From the human T2T-CHM13v2.0 reference genome, Homo sapiens: a DNA stretch of 64,000 nucleotides. How positions within the stretch are numbered: the stretch's first letter is position 1; each line of letters opens with the position of its first letter. Location of the stretch: NCBI RefSeq assembly GCF_009914755.1, contig NC_060936.1. The stretch is one strand, 5' to 3'. Under the pieces are notes generated by a model. That model had not been told where the DNA came from and did no database searches. It worked only from the letters and a program-made list of their open reading frames with translations. The position numbers and the translations under genes are program-made. Positions 1-15,500 of the stretch are shown one piece after another.

Positions 1-1694
1 GTAAGAGGTAGCAAAATAGAAAATACACTTGACCTTGAGTCAAGAGACCCAGCTCAGCCACATCCTAACTGAGTGACCCCGACCAGCCCTATTTACTCCA
101 AGGTGGCTCATCCTGTTACCCAGAAAACACGACTTCATGCTTGGAGCGCCATTCAGCCCTGAAGACTTTGGGGAATGGAAATAAGCCCTTAGAAATGCCA
201 CTCAAAGAAATGCCATGGATTCCATGCACGGCGCCCCTGCAGATCGTCACCCATAGTTTTCCTACTAACACAATTACGAGGAAAGCTTACTCACAGAAAA
301 TCTGTAGGGAAGCTGGAAAAATGGAACTAGAAAGCTGCTAGACACAGCCTCACTGACAGAAGCAAGACATGACAACTCACTTTCCCCTTAATCTTTAACT
401 TTTCTGTATCTGGCGAGTTTTCAGTATTGAGCATGCACTATTTTCGCTAAGGGAAAAGAAGAATTTTATTTTTTAAAAAGGTCACAAAGAGGAATGAAAG
501 TTAATAAGGGAGATGACAGACACAAACTATAAATAGCAGACATGAGAACTCCAAAACACAGTACAGAGGACCATTGAGGAGAATTTTCTCAAACTCATCA
601 AGAAAAAGTTTTCACTACCTTCAAGGAACTTTGTTTTAAGAAGGCAAGAAAGTGTGCATCCCGATGAGAAAGATTTCCTGAAGAAATGCCTACAATGTTT
701 AAGAGGATTGGCTCTTAAATGGGTGAGCTTCAATTATCTGGAAAAAAAATATATTTAGAGCTCTCTATTATAACTTATTAGTATTTCCACTTAACCAAAG
801 CATCCGATTAACCAGCGTTCTCCATTCCCTTGACTGAGGCTCATGGCAGGCTGAACACTAGGGGCTGTTGGGCTACTCTCTGCTTTTCCCACACCGGTCC
901 ACACAATGAGCCAACTGCCCACCCTCATCTCAGCCAAGTCTACCACTTCCAATATCGCAGTCTCTACAGACCATGGCCTCCAACAGGACCAGAAACTTAC
1001 AGCACCACTGCAACTGGCCCTTTGCTAAGGATAAGAAGTCCAATTTCAGACTTAGATTTGCCCTCATCATTGCCAAGAAAAGGCAAAGTGATGTGAGATG
1101 GCATAGAGAAAATGCCCAATATTGTGCCCAACATCCAGTATATGCTCCAAAAATGCTGGCTGTTCTTATCATTTTTATTATTATAATAATAACGAACAGA
1201 CGTTATGCAGAGGCGTGTGCAAATACAAACACCACAATGAGAACTTCAAAATCTGAGACTCAGAGGACGATGTCGGGGGCAAAGTGAGAAGGGGGCTGGG
1301 AGAAAAGGAGCAGCTGTCGCCTCTTCTGAGAAGCCATCTCAGGTCACCCCACTAACAGAAGTCCCTCCAAATGTACTTCTGTAGTCCCCAGGGAATTGAT
1401 TTCGCAGGATGGAATTATTTCCCTGAAATAAACAGACAGTCAAAGGTCACTACAACTGGGGCCTAAAAAGCAAACAAGCCAGCTGCTGATTTACAGGCAG
1501 CCTATGACGCAAGATAGCAAGAGGTCTCGGCCCAGGTCCAGTGCAATGGCTTCGGACACACCGGTCCCACAGGGGCGAGGATGGAGGAGGGGGCTCACCT
1601 TCCTGTAAGCAAGGTCCCATCTTGACCAGGCATGGATGGGGACACCTTCAGGAGAGCAGACCCTTGAACTTCTGCTGTCAGCATGCTCTAGCCA

Positions 1695-1870
1695 GTGGCT
1701 CTCAGCCCTAGCAGTGCATTACAGTGACCTACGGGTCTGTTTAAAAATACTGATACCTGAGTTCCTTCCCCAGGCAGCCTCCTTTAGTTAGCCTGGGGTA
1801 AAGTCCAGACATCAGTGTTTTGAAAAGATCCCAGGTGATTCTCATGCTCAGCCAGGCCTGAGAACTAGCC
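1695..1870. mobile_element. MER5-family hAT DNA transposon fragment
   Basis: Motif ...aaagatcccaggtgattctcatgctcagccaggcctgagaac resembles MER5A/B. Confidence 0.65.
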
Positions 1871-2228
1871 ACATAGTGGAAAGAACCCACAGCGGGGTCA
1901 GGCAGACCCGAGCTTTTAACTCCAATGCTCTCTTGCTTTCTTGAGCAGATCAGCCCTTCTGTCTGAGCATCGGTTTCTTTAACCCTAAAGTGAGGACGAT
2001 CATCACTCCCCGTCACAGAGTTGCTGTGAAGACGGTACAAGATAATGTATGTAAACTGCATCACTTAGTGTATCTTGCAGAAGGCACACACAAGGTGGTT
2101 TCTAAATGTTAACCCCTCCTCATTTCACGCTTCTCTTTTCAAGGTTCTCCCACGTGGGTCAGGAGTTCGAAGCAGCTCTCAGTTCTAAGGGGTCTCCTGT
2201 CTTTCTAAGTGGTTAAAAAAGGGTGGGA

Positions 2229-2522
2229 GGCTGGGCGTGGTAGCCCACACCTGTAATCCCAGCACTTTGGGAGGCCAAGGCCAGCAGATCACTTGAGGCC
2301 AAGCATTCAAGACCACCCTGGCCAACAAGGCAAAACCCCATCTCTACTAAAAATACAAAAATTAGCTGGGCATGGTGGCGGGTGCCTGCAATCCCAGCTA
2401 CTTGGGTGGCTGAGGCACTGGAAGCACTTGAACTCAGGAGGCAGAGGTTACAGTGTGCCGAGATTGTGCCACCACATTCCAGCCTGGGGTACAGAGCGAG
2501 ACCCTGTCTCGGGAAAAAAAAA
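2229..2522 (+). mobile_element. Alu (AluS-like)
   Basis: Dimeric Alu with A-rich linker and poly(A) tail. Confidence 0.93.
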
Positions 2523-3444
2523 GGTGGGGGGGTGTGGGGAGGGAGGAACATCCCTCCTGAAAAGCAGGTATGAACAAGAGTGCTGACAGAACGGGTTGGT
2601 GGATCCCTACACACACAAAACACACACACATGCACACACCCCTACTGGGTGAAACAGCAAAACTATGTAAAAACTGAGTCACAAGTAGCAAAAGTGAGGA
2701 AAACCCAATCTTAAAGATTTTCTTTGCTTTTCTCATCTAGAAGAAAACCTATCTTGTGTGCGACACTTTCTCAGAAACTCTTTGCCTGTGCCTCTGTCTC
2801 CTCCATTAGACCAAGTGCAAGTCTTATGCCTGGGTGTACTACACAGGGCTGGTGCACAGTAGGCCCAAGGGAATGTCCATTGAACAGTTAAGCTCCTTGG
2901 GGGCAGGGGTGGATATTTGTAGACCAACAGTGCTCATAACATCCACACGTGGTAATCCCCTAAACAGGCATTTCGTAAGTATACTGGAACTTTGATTCCA
3001 AGCAACTAGCAGAAAAGGATAAAAAGGCACACTGGGCATTCAGGAGGCAGCTGCCCCAAGTCCAGTGGCCATGAGCGGCAGTATCACAGCAGTTCAGGAT
3101 TTTCAGATCTTACAAGGAGTGTAAACATGAGCAAGTGACTTAGTTTTCTGTGCCTGTTTATCCGCCTGAAAAATGGGGATGATAATGGTGTTCACCTCTT
3201 AGGGTTACCATGGGGATGAATTCAGGTCAGTGACTGACATGCTTAGACTATCGCCTGGCATGTAATTGCTGCTATGTAATTGTTTGCCATTATTATTACT
3301 CCATGATTGGATAACAAGAAAAGAAACCTCAAGTTTCAGGCCCAAATAGGAGCCCTCCATTTATCACAAGAGAAGGTATAGACGAGAGAAAATGGTGTGG
3401 TGTATCCCCAAATGAATACAGCAACTAGCTTCCCATTGTCCAGA

Positions 3445-3655
3445 GCTGTGTTCTCAAAATAAAGACCATGGACTTCCCCCATCACATTCACTTGAGTTGC
3501 TTGGTTAAAATGCAGAAGATACTCGGGTGTCCCTAAGTCCCACTCCAACCCTGTTGAATCAGAATCAGACTCTCTGAGGTCAGTGCCAAGGATGGTATAT
3601 TTTAACAGGTGCACCTAGGAGATTCCCACATCCCTGAAAATTTAAGAGCCACTGG
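3445..3655. mobile_element. MER5-family fragment
   Basis: gaatcagaatcagactctctg...ttttaacaggtgcacctaggagattc...ttaagagccactg pattern. Confidence 0.55.
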
Positions 3656-4069
3656 ACTGAATAAGCTCCTTACCCAGAGGATCTGTTTGTTTGCTCATCA
3701 CTATATACCCAGAGCCTCGCATAACGCCCAACCTGTAGTCCATGCTCGACAAATATCAGATGAATCCATTACATGGTTTCACCTCTAGAAGTATTTGTTC
3801 CATTTGTTTGAAGACTCACTATGTGTTAGGCTCATGCAAAGCAATGCTGATTCAGGCAACTTCATTCATTCTGAAAATCGTTACTGGGTGCTTAGTGCAT
3901 ACCAGGAACTGTTCTAGACACCGGAGATACAAAAAATGTGATGAACGAGGTTGCTCAGAGACATAATACTGTATAGATCATAATGTGTGCTATGGAGCTA
4001 ATAAAGCAAGGTAAGGGGCCAAGTGTGTGCCATGTCCTCATTCAACCTAGTGTCTAGAGCAGCACTAGT

Positions 4070-4257
4070 CCTGCCCAGCAGAACTTTCTATGATAGTGGA
4101 AATGATCTATTCTGCAACATCCCATGATAGCCACTAGCCACATGGGGCTACTGGGCACTTGAAATGTGGCTGGTGCCACCGAGGGACTGAATGTTTTATT
4201 TAATTATAATTAATTTTAACTTTAATAGCCATATGTGCCCATATTAGACAGTGCAGG
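4070..4257. mobile_element. MER3 hAT DNA transposon
   Basis: gccactagccacatggggctactgggcacttgaaatgtggct motif typical of MER3. Confidence 0.7.
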
Positions 4258-5488
4258 TCGAGAGGCAAAGAGGCAGATATGTGAGCTGGAAATTACAACA
4301 CAAGGCAACATGAGCTATGAGGAGGGGAAGACAGAGCACCATGTGCTATATCAAATGCCTCTCACCCAATTACCAGATGCCCTAATGTTCTCTGGCTCTG
4401 GGAATTGAAAGAACAAGGTCAGGTACGAGGCATTGTGCTTGGGCTGGAATTTTTATAGCCCATGATCAGTTGAAAATGGTATGCAGCCCGGCCAAGCCCC
4501 AGAGACTGCAGCTCAGGATCACACCACCATCTGCAAAGCCAGGCCACAGCTGCCAAAGAGATCTCTTTCCTCCCCGTCATTCTGCTGATGGTCATTTTGT
4601 CCTTGGCTACAACGTCCCACTGGGCCCGAGACACTGCAAGGATTTTATGAGATTTCTTCGCTTCAAGCGTAAGTACGAGTACAAGCCTCCTAAATTCCAC
4701 CGGAAAATTGGTGGCTAATCCAAACATTTCATAAAATTAGAACTCATTGTGGGGCTGAATGGAATTCAGACTGTGCCGCCACCAGAGAAATGCAAAATAT
4801 TCGTTATAATTTTTTCCTTCATGAGCTGTTTTAAGAAGCAAGTGCTTTTTCTGCTTGAAGCAAAGGGGTTGGGGGAAAGGAAGAGTTTTTGTTTTTGTTT
4901 TGTTTTCTCTGCGGTTTGCAAAAAGCATCACCAGATGAAAAAGTAAGGAATCCTGCCTGATTCCCTAATCCCTCAACTAGCAGGAATAATAATAAACCAT
5001 CCCAATCTCAACTGTTCTTGCCTTTATAAAGACAGTATTTTTCCTGGAAAATGGGATTTTTTCCTGGAAAATTTGATTTTTGCTCCTTAATTTTTTCTTA
5101 GGCTTCAGCCCTAGAATTTTTATATCCTGGGATCTCATTAGCAGAGGAGATATTGCAGTCATTCATGCATGCATGCACATCAGCAATATTAACTTGCCAA
5201 GCACTGTTCTAGGCACTTGGGGTACATCAGTAGGCAAAACTGATGAAAACCCCTGCCCTGGCTTGCCTTTTAGTAGGGGAAGGCAAACAGAAGAGAATTC
5301 AGCAACTGCCACTTTGAAACAATTTTGGGGCAAGACATGAAGATTCACAAAATGCAGTTTCTAGAAGCGGCTGGAATGTAAGCTGCAAGGAAGGGAGCAG
5401 AAACGTCATCTGTCTCACCATGGCTGTCTCCCTACCATCCAGAGTGGTATCTCACACAGAAAATGCAATCAATAAATATCTGTTAAAT

Positions 5489-5819
<331 letters not shown>

Positions 5820-7918
5820 TTAAAACAAAAATCTGGCCCAGAGCGCTCATCTTACAGATAAGTTAGCTGAAGCCATGGAGGGGCATGTCTTGCCCAAGGT
5901 CACACAGCTTAAGTTGTGGCAGTGATGGAACCAGCAGCCAAGTCTCCCAACATACCTAGACTCATAACACTCCACAGCCATTTGACAAATATTTCTTGCA
6001 TTCTGACTGTGTGCCAGGCACTGAACTAGGCACTGGGAGCATATAAATGAGTAAGACATAGAACGACTGGGATCATGAAATTAAGTTCTTCATATTGCTA
6101 TTTTCCCAAGCACGGAGGCAACTTCTCTGTGCTTTAAGTCCGGCTCCAACAGTGGTTGTAATCATGAACCCTGAAGTCAGACGGTCCAGCCCTACATCCT
6201 GTGATCCTGGCTCTGTGACTTTGGGCAAGTCATTGGACTTCCTCTAAGCCTCTGCCTCCTCATCTATGAAATGAATGTGATAATAATACAGGTTCAAAGG
6301 CGAAAAAGCACGTAAATAGTTAGAATAGTGCCTGGCACACACTGATCACTCAATGATTCCTGCTATGAGGGTTGTTAAGGGAAAAATGCTCCCTCTGCTC
6401 TGGACCTTCCTACACAACCAAATAAGTGGAGATTTCCACTTCATTTTTCTCCTCTCCAGGATCTCTACTACCTGCTTCACGCCCACACACTCATTCATTT
6501 CCTCCCTCAGTGTTCCATTTGGTCCTGCCTGAAAAACAGATACCCACTAACCATGAGGATGATGAAAAATGAGGTTCTTCCCAGAGCAGCAAGCACATCA
6601 CTGCCCTGTCTTTCCAGGCAAACACGTTCACGGCTGGGCTTTGAGCTCACCAGAGACACAGACCATTAGTCTCCCCGCCCTGCATGCCTTCTGCTAATGG
6701 AAGAAAGAGTTCACTATCAAATCTACTAAGAATCACACAAGGTAATTATCTTGCCTCAAGGACCACTGAGAGCTTCTAAGGTTTGCTGGCATCTGTCTTA
6801 ATTGATACTGAGAAAGCCAAGGCTGCCTAACGGATGTGTTTGATAGAAAGTAATAAAATTCTGAGAGATTAAAGAAGAAAAATAAATACAACAAGAAATC
6901 AGTCTCCTTAAAAGGACCAGCAAGGAGGGATAAATGTGGACCACAAAGACTGAAGATCTTCAAATGTCAGGGTTAGATGCACATTCTAGAATCAAGAGGT
7001 GGGTGAACTCAACGGGGCAATATCTTACTCCCTGTTGCCTCCCCCAGTGCCTAGCACAGTGCTATTTGAATAAATATTTTTAAACCAGCTACCTGGGAGA
7101 GGCAGAAGGGAACACCTGCCACAAGAAAAAATGACAGAGATATTTCTACTCTTTCTTGGGAAGCAGTCTAGGCTCATAATTTCGAGCTCAGACAGACATG
7201 GGTTGTATTCCTGCCATCATCCCCAAGTTACAAACAGTGGGGCCCTGGGCCTCAGTTACCTCTGGGCAAAGTCAGGTGACAGCATCTATCTCATAGAATG
7301 GTTCTAAGAATTCAGTGAGATGACACAGGCAAATTACTCAGCACAGAGCCTGGCAAAGTGCTCAGTAAAGGTTAGCTTTATTTGTTCATCTTCAAGGATG
7401 AAATAGTAGTAAACATATGAGTCAATTCTTCCCTCTAAGTGAGACTGCAAAAACAGCCCTTCCCCTGGGGACAGGGCTCTCTTAAGTCTTTTCCTCGTCC
7501 CTGGAATCTTGCCTCTAGCCTACCTGTCATCCAGGATCAAGAAGCCAAGCTCTCCTGGGTGCTCAATGTGCCCAATCACTGCTAAAGCCTTGGGAAGAAT
7601 AAGTGGTGTCCACAGGGAGATCCTGAGAGCAGAGGCAGCCAGGAGCCTCTGGCCTCACTGGGACCAAAAGCAAAGCCCCTTTAAAGTCTAAGCATCTAAG
7701 GAATGAGCAAAGATTCCTCTGAGCTGCCCAGCAGAACATGAGCTTACCCTCCTCTGAATCACAAATAATAACAAATAACACTGCTTGACAAGTGGCTTCA
7801 TGTCAGGCACTGTTCTCAGAGTGTGTGTGGTCCATGAGTCCTTGTGACAACCTAGGAGTTAAGTTCTATTACCAACCCATTTTACAGATGAGAAAACTGA
7901 GAGGTTCTTTGAGGATGA

Positions 7919-8223
<305 letters not shown>

Positions 8224-8886
8224 ATGGGTGAACATTTTCTGTCTCACATAGAGTCTAGTTCAGAAGCCACCTCATACACGTGTTTCAGAAAGCCTTGGCT
8301 GCCTTGAGCTGAAAAGAATGTATTTGCATCCCACAGAACCAGAGAGCAGGGAAGGCGAGCAGACCTCCCTAAACATAGGCTGACAGTCTACACAGGGAGA
8401 CTCTCCGTACACTTGCAAAGTGTGTATGAGAATTGAAGATACTTCCTGCTTTCCCCAGCAAGGAGCCCTTCTGCCAAAAAACAAGCAATAGGAAATGCAG
8501 CCTTTCAGTGAATCCTAGGATTCTCTTCCTACGAGCTGGAAGGGACCCTTAAGGACATTTTTGTCTCAGGCCCTCAATTTACAAGTGAAGCAAGTGTGCT
8601 CGACACAGCAGCACCTACTGTGTGCAATGCCCCGTGCCCAGGCTGCTGCAGGGACAGACAGGACCAAGACCCCATCCTGCCTTTCCAAAGAGGCCTCCTT
8701 CCAAAACTTAGATTTATGGACCATTCACTGTGGGCGACACACTTTTCTAAGAACTCGACATACAATTTGTTAACACTGCAACTCCCATTTCACAGACGAA
8801 GAAACCGAGTCACAGTTGATTATCTCAAGGTTACATTGGAGGTTCATGTTCTTTCAAACCCAGGAAGCCTAGCTCCAAATTCTCTC

Positions 8887-9193
8887 TTTTCTTTTTTTTT
8901 TTTTTTTTTTTTGACACAGAGACTCGTTCTGTTGCCTAGGCTGGAGTGCAATTGTGCAATCTTCTCTCACTGCAACCTCCGCCTCCCGGGTTCAAGCGAT
9001 TCTCCTGCCTCAGCCTACTGAGTAGTTGGGATTACTGGTGTGCGCCACTGTGCCCAGCCAATTTTGTATTTTTAGTAGAGACAGGGTTTTGCCATGTTGT
9101 TCAGGCTGGTCTTGAACTCCTAACCTCAAATAATCCACCCACCTCGGCCTCTCAAAGTGCTGGGATTTACAGGAATGAGCCACCACTCCCGCT
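8887..9193 (-). mobile_element. Alu (AluS-like)
   Basis: Poly(T) followed by antisense Alu body. Confidence 0.92.
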
Positions 9194-10687
9194 TCCCTTT
9201 TTGATGTATAGATTGGACGGTCCACTTCCCTTCCATGATCCTGTAGAAGACTGGGACATGAGTGACCTCTGGCAGTTGGGGTGAACCACTCGTGAGCTGA
9301 GCCCAGTTCATAGTGAAATGGCAGCAGCCAGCAAGGCTTCGTTTGAACCTGCTGCAATCAAGCACCTTTGTGGCCCGTGAGCCTGACACAGACAAAAGTG
9401 AATGGGGTCCCGCTGGAGATAACTAAGAGAAGCAGCTGCTACCTTTTTTAAACAGGGAAATTGCCCTTCAGCCAAACAGACGAAAGTTGAGCCCTAAGCC
9501 ACTCACCATTCCCCGCCCTTCCAGGGAAGGAGCTAACACCTACCACAGCCTCCACTTAGCGCCTTCCCCCTGGAGATCTCCATATCTCTAATAAAAGTAA
9601 GGGAAGTGGAATTCTTTTCTCAAATTTAAAAGGCAAATCATGATGGTGTTTTTTCAAGACATACATTAACTCCGCACCCCAGCCGGTTTGCAATACTTAA
9701 AGTACTTGATTTACAACCCAGAAAAAAATGTTTTGAAAACCTTGCAGATGCATTTTGCATCTAAACCTTGCACACTCTGCAGAGCTGATTACCTGGGCTT
9801 CTCAGATGGAGGGCTGGACTCTGAACGAAGCCAGGCCAGTGTGAGAGCAGCCTGAGGAGGCTGCTGAGCTCTGAAAAACTACCCGCCTGGAGCAGCCTCC
9901 AAGAGTGGGAAATGGGTTTGGGATGGGCTTGAGCCACCTCTCCAGCTGCTGTCACTGAGAAGCACCTGGCAATGCTGTGCATACAATGCTAAGGGGAAGC
10001 GTGACCCAGAGAAGGAGGAGGATGGAGCCCCAGGGCCTTCCCTGCTGACTCCCGCCTTCACAGACCTCTCCCTTCTCAGGATTGCTGGTGCTTCTTCCCG
10101 CAATTGTTCATTCAATCATTCATTCATTCTTACTGAGCACCCACTAGATGCCTAGCACTGGGCTACAGGCTGGGCTGCAGTGACGAGTGAGACAGACAGC
10201 AGCCCTGCTGCCTTTCTAATAGACAAGGAAGAATGGAGCCTACAAATAGTCCAACACACACTCTCCATGTGCTCACAAGGACACGAGACACGGGGCTGAA
10301 ACAAAGAAGTAAGGAAGTGGTGGTCTGAAGACCCATGCATGAGCCTTGAAGGACATGGTAAATTCAGACTTTGGGTCCCATGCAACCATGGGAGGATTTT
10401 AAGCATGGAGAGCCATGAGCCAAGATAAGAAGGTCACTGGGTACTCCACCCTAGTACTTCTCCCTGAAACAGTAATATTACCTCTAGTTTTCAAGAGCCT
10501 ACTATGCACCAGGCTCTGTGCTGGAAGCTTCCAAATCCTATTTCTGATGGCAATCTCACTTGGTAGGATATTTTGCACTTGGTAGGATACTTCATAGCTG
10601 CATTTTCCAGATGAGTAAACAGAAGCCAGAGAAAATGAGCAGCTTGCCTGGGACCATCTAGCTCCTGGGTAGCAGGACAGAATTTGA

Positions 10688-11102
<415 letters not shown>

Positions 11103-11932
11103 TGAATCTAATAGCCCCAACTAAATTCTAGGTATCTCAATGGCAGGACTTGTAATATCCTCCTCTGAAAGTCCCTATGGTGCTGGACACATTGTTAAGC
11201 ACACATTAAATACATCTATCTGGTTTATTGCTAGATTGAAAAGAAGAGCAGGTGTGTTGAGCCCCAATGTGGGGATGTTAGGTCTTTCTTATGGGGAAGC
11301 TTCAGCCACAGAGTATTGACAAGTGGTAGCTAAGAGGAAGAAGAAAGCAAGCTACCACCAGGGCTGCCAAGCAGGGATGTGCAGATCATACATGCACAAG
11401 GCACCAGCCGATGGGCAGGTGAATGGGCCCCAGCCCGCGTCGTTCTCACAGAGCCGCTAGTAGGAGAGGGGCTGCTTCTGGCCAGGACAGAAGCCTTTTC
11501 ATATGTATCCACCTGGAGGAGGCCTTTTTTTAATTTGCACAAAGGTGCCTTGTAGAGTAGCAATCGCCCTGGCTGCATCTATTGTGTACCTACTGTGTGC
11601 CAGGCACCAGGCAAAAGGCTTAGCTATGTCACCTCGGTGCTTCCTCTCAACAATCCATAAAAGAAGAACTATTGTGAGCCCTAGCAAAGAACCCAGAGGT
11701 TAAAAATTAGTCACTAGCCCAAGGTCACACAGCTCTCAAGGGGTGGGCTGGCATACAGACACAGGCAGCCTGGCCCTGGGGCTCTCTATGTTGACCATGG
11801 TTGGCAGGAGATTGTCTTCGCTTCTTTCACAAAATGAGCATGAGATTTCTGTGGAACCAGAGGTTGGAATCTTAGAGGCCTGAGAGATAGAGGCTTCCAC
11901 CCCTTTCCCACTCTCCACCCTGAGCCCCCCCC

Positions 11933-12530
11933 TTTTTAAGTTATTACCAGCTTTATTGAGATGTAATTCACATATCATATAATTCACCCATTTAAAGTGC
12001 ACAATTCAGGGGTTTTTAGTATATTCGGAGGGGTGCAACCATCATCACAATTTTAGAACATTTTCAGCACCCCCCAGAAAACTCCACACCCATTAGCAGC
12101 TACTCCCAATTTACTCCCAACCCCACCCGCAGGCCCACTCATCTACGCTGTCTCTATGGATTTGTCTCTTGTGGACATTACATACAAATGGAATCATACA
12201 ATCTGTGGTCTTTTGTGTCTGGCTTCTTTCACTGAACATAATGTTTTCAAGGTTCATCCATGCTGTCACATGTATTAAGTACCTCATTCCTTTTTACTGT
12301 TGAATAACAGTCCAAAAATATTCCATAAATAAAATTATGGAATAGATCATAAGTAATATTCCACAAATGAAATGGATGTGCCAGCTTTTATTTACCCATT
12401 CATCAGTTCCTTCCACTTTGGGGCTCTTACTAATAATAATGCTCTATAGACATTTGTGTAGAAGTTTCTGTGTGGACATATGTTTGCATTTCTCCTGGGT
12501 AAACCTAGAAGTGGAAATGCCCAGCCCTGG
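11933..12530 (-). mobile_element. Old L1M (L1MB/MC-like) 3' end fragment
   Basis: cagctttattgagatgtaattcacatatcatataattcacccatttaaagtg and aatggaatcatacaat...ttttcaaggttcatccatg motifs. Confidence 0.8.
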
Positions 12531-15500
12531 TTTTCACATGCAGTTAAAAGTTTACCGAAGAGTTTCGCTGTAAAGCCAACATCTGGCTGCTCCTGGGCTG
12601 TTTCCAGGGAATTTTATCAATTCAGCCAGACTCCATTCACGGTGGGTCATCAGGCCCAGCCCCTCCTACTCTGAGGCCTGGGATCCTCTCATTCCTGTGC
12701 TCTACAATGTCGTCTGGGCCAGCACGATGATAAATGCATTCTGCTTTAAAGCAGATACTTCACAAATCATAACTTACAGATGCTCCAGGACTTTCATGTG
12801 GGAAAGACAAATGAGACTTCTGCTGTCTGACTCTGGAGCCACTGAGGACAAGAAGCCACGGCCAGAAACCTGACAAACCCTGGATATACGTCTCTCCCTA
12901 ACAAATGCATGTGCAAACGTAACAGAAGGGGAATTCGTGCAGAAAAGGGTCTGCCTGTCTTTTCAGACATTGCTCTGTAACCTGCCATTCATTTTCAACC
13001 GTTGTCTTTCCTTCCCCACAAATCTAAAGTTCCTTGAGGTCAGGAAAGATAACGTACAACTTCGACACCTCCCAAGATATTCTCTCGCTCAATGTATTCA
13101 CTTCAGTTCCATCCTACAAGCCTCTGTTGAGGACCTACTATGTGCTTGGCACCATGTGAGGCATTGACAATAAGTATCTTTGCAGGATGGATTCAAGACA
13201 CACAGGACACAGCGACAGACAAGATACCTTGACTCAAACCCTTATCTCCTGCTGCTTCCCAGGAGGAAGCAAGATCAACACACACTGGCATGGTGTGGGG
13301 GCATTTTTGTCTGCAGGCAGGGAAGTGAACCAGCTTACCCCTCAAAGCCCCCTAGGGACTCCAGGGTCTGAGGCTGCTTGGGAAACAAAGGACTCTGTAT
13401 GTGTCCAGGTGAAGAGCTCCCTGACCTGATTCATTACAACAAACTCCTCGAGGTCCAACAAACAGACCAACAAACAGATGGCTCACCAGAAGCAGGCACA
13501 TCTCTTCTCCCTAACTTGGCTCTGATTCTTATCTTCCCAACCTCAACTCTTGCAAAAACTCCCTGCTCCAAGCCAGCACACCAAACTGACGGGCTCAACA
13601 CCCCACTGTGATCAGAACCCAGCTCAGACCCCTCTAGAGGAAGAGTTAAGGTCAAGGTCTCTGCATTCACATTGCCTGGGTCCAAACCTGGCTCTGCTGC
13701 TGCCTGTGACCTTGAGCAAGCTAGTTAACCTCTCTGTGAGTCAGGTTCTTCATCTAGAAAATGGGATGATAGCAGAATTGTTATAAGGATTAAATCAGTT
13801 AACATGCACCTAGCATGTTATAAGCACTCAAGAAGTATTAGTTGCTATTATTTGCATTAGCATCAATTATTATTATTACCCCCATCTTACCTTACCAATC
13901 CTGCCCTCCCATTGTGTCCCAGCACAAACCCTGCATTCCAAGCCACCTGGAATATTCACCTTCCCCCAAACACAAGTGAATGAATGCCTTGGAATGCCCC
14001 ACATTCCAATCCTCTGAAACCCAAATCAAGGGTCATTTTCAACAGCACTTGTCCTCCCATTAGCTGGAGAACACTTTCTAATCCCACAGTATACCCTGGC
14101 CCCTCCTCTAGATACCCTTCCGGAAGGGTGGGCGATCACCCCATGGCTGCTCTTCTGGCACCATTAGCAAAGAACCACACCCAAATCCAGAGGTCACCAG
14201 CTGTGCAACATTAAGGAAGGTTCTCAATTCCTCTAGCAGCATTGGGTTTCCAAACAAACTCCATCCAAACAAACAAACACCATCCAGCTGTCTGACCCTT
14301 GGCAAGTTACCTAACCTCCCTATGTGTCATTTTCCCCATCTGTAAAATGGGTCTCACTATTTTACACCTCACAGGGTTGCTGTGAAAGTTAAGTGAGGGA
14401 AAATGTCTCTAAAGCACTTAGCACAGTGGGATGCACCACAAGCTCTCAAAAATATCAGCTGGTAGTAAATAATGGTAGCAGTAGAAATATGATTCTGTCC
14501 AGGATCAAACTCACTTTCATGAGCTAAGCTTCAATGAACTGTTGTCCAACTTGAAAATCACCTGAAACAATCCTCTATGGAAGAGTTACTCATGCCTAGT
14601 AACTACTTCTGCCTTCTCTTTCACCAGGCTGGAAGCTCCCTGGGTCTTACTCATTTCTATGTCTCAGCATTTAACATGGTGAGTAGCACATGGCAGATGG
14701 CAATAAATCTTCATCGAACTGAACAGAATTAGTTTGCAAGTACATTTCACCTTTGCTACTAGATTATAAGTTCTTTAAGAGTGAGGCCCATGTCTTTCTC
14801 TAGTAAAGATTTATTAAATGAGTGATGGAAAAATACCAAACCAAGAATCGGGTTTCTAAGATCCAGCTCCGTCATTCAAGACCTGTGCAACCTCAACAAA
14901 GTCACTTAACACTTCTGCGCCTTACTGGTCCCACCTCGAAGATGAGAAGTTTGAACCACATGTTTGCCATGGTCCCTTACACTCTAAAACTGTATTTGGG
15001 CCTTAGCTGCAACATGGCACTTCTGCCACCGTGCATGTGACGTCAACACACCTCCTGGCTTGGCAGGCCAGTTTGCTAATTTGCCTCCCTGATTTGCAGT
15101 TTTCCAGCAGGAGGCTATGAATAGCTTTGGGTGCTTAAAACACCCATTTTTGGTCAAAACACTTGGCTTGCTAGGTGAGGATGCCCCATCACCCAAGCTA
15201 ATGCTCTAGTGGCCAGGGGCACCAGGGCAGACTGTGGGGGAGGGGCACACATTGCCCACCAGTCCTGCCACTCCCATCCCAGACTCCCCCCCAGGGACCC
15301 TGCCTCCAGCTCACACCACACCACCTACTGCTCACTAGAGATAACCTGGTACAGTGAGGAAGTTGAACTTGGCCCCTTGACATCGAGGTGATCACAGGAC
15401 ATAAAATTGTGTGGCTTTGGTTTTGGGATTTTTGGCAATGCTTTGTGTGGCCTGTAGGTCCAGGGAGCTTAGCTCAAAGAAAATGCATGCCGAATTATGA

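Noticed and set aside
4470-4718. 82-aa ORF in non-repeat intronic DNA
   Set aside because: Antisense to NUAK1, no recognisable homology, length within chance expectation.
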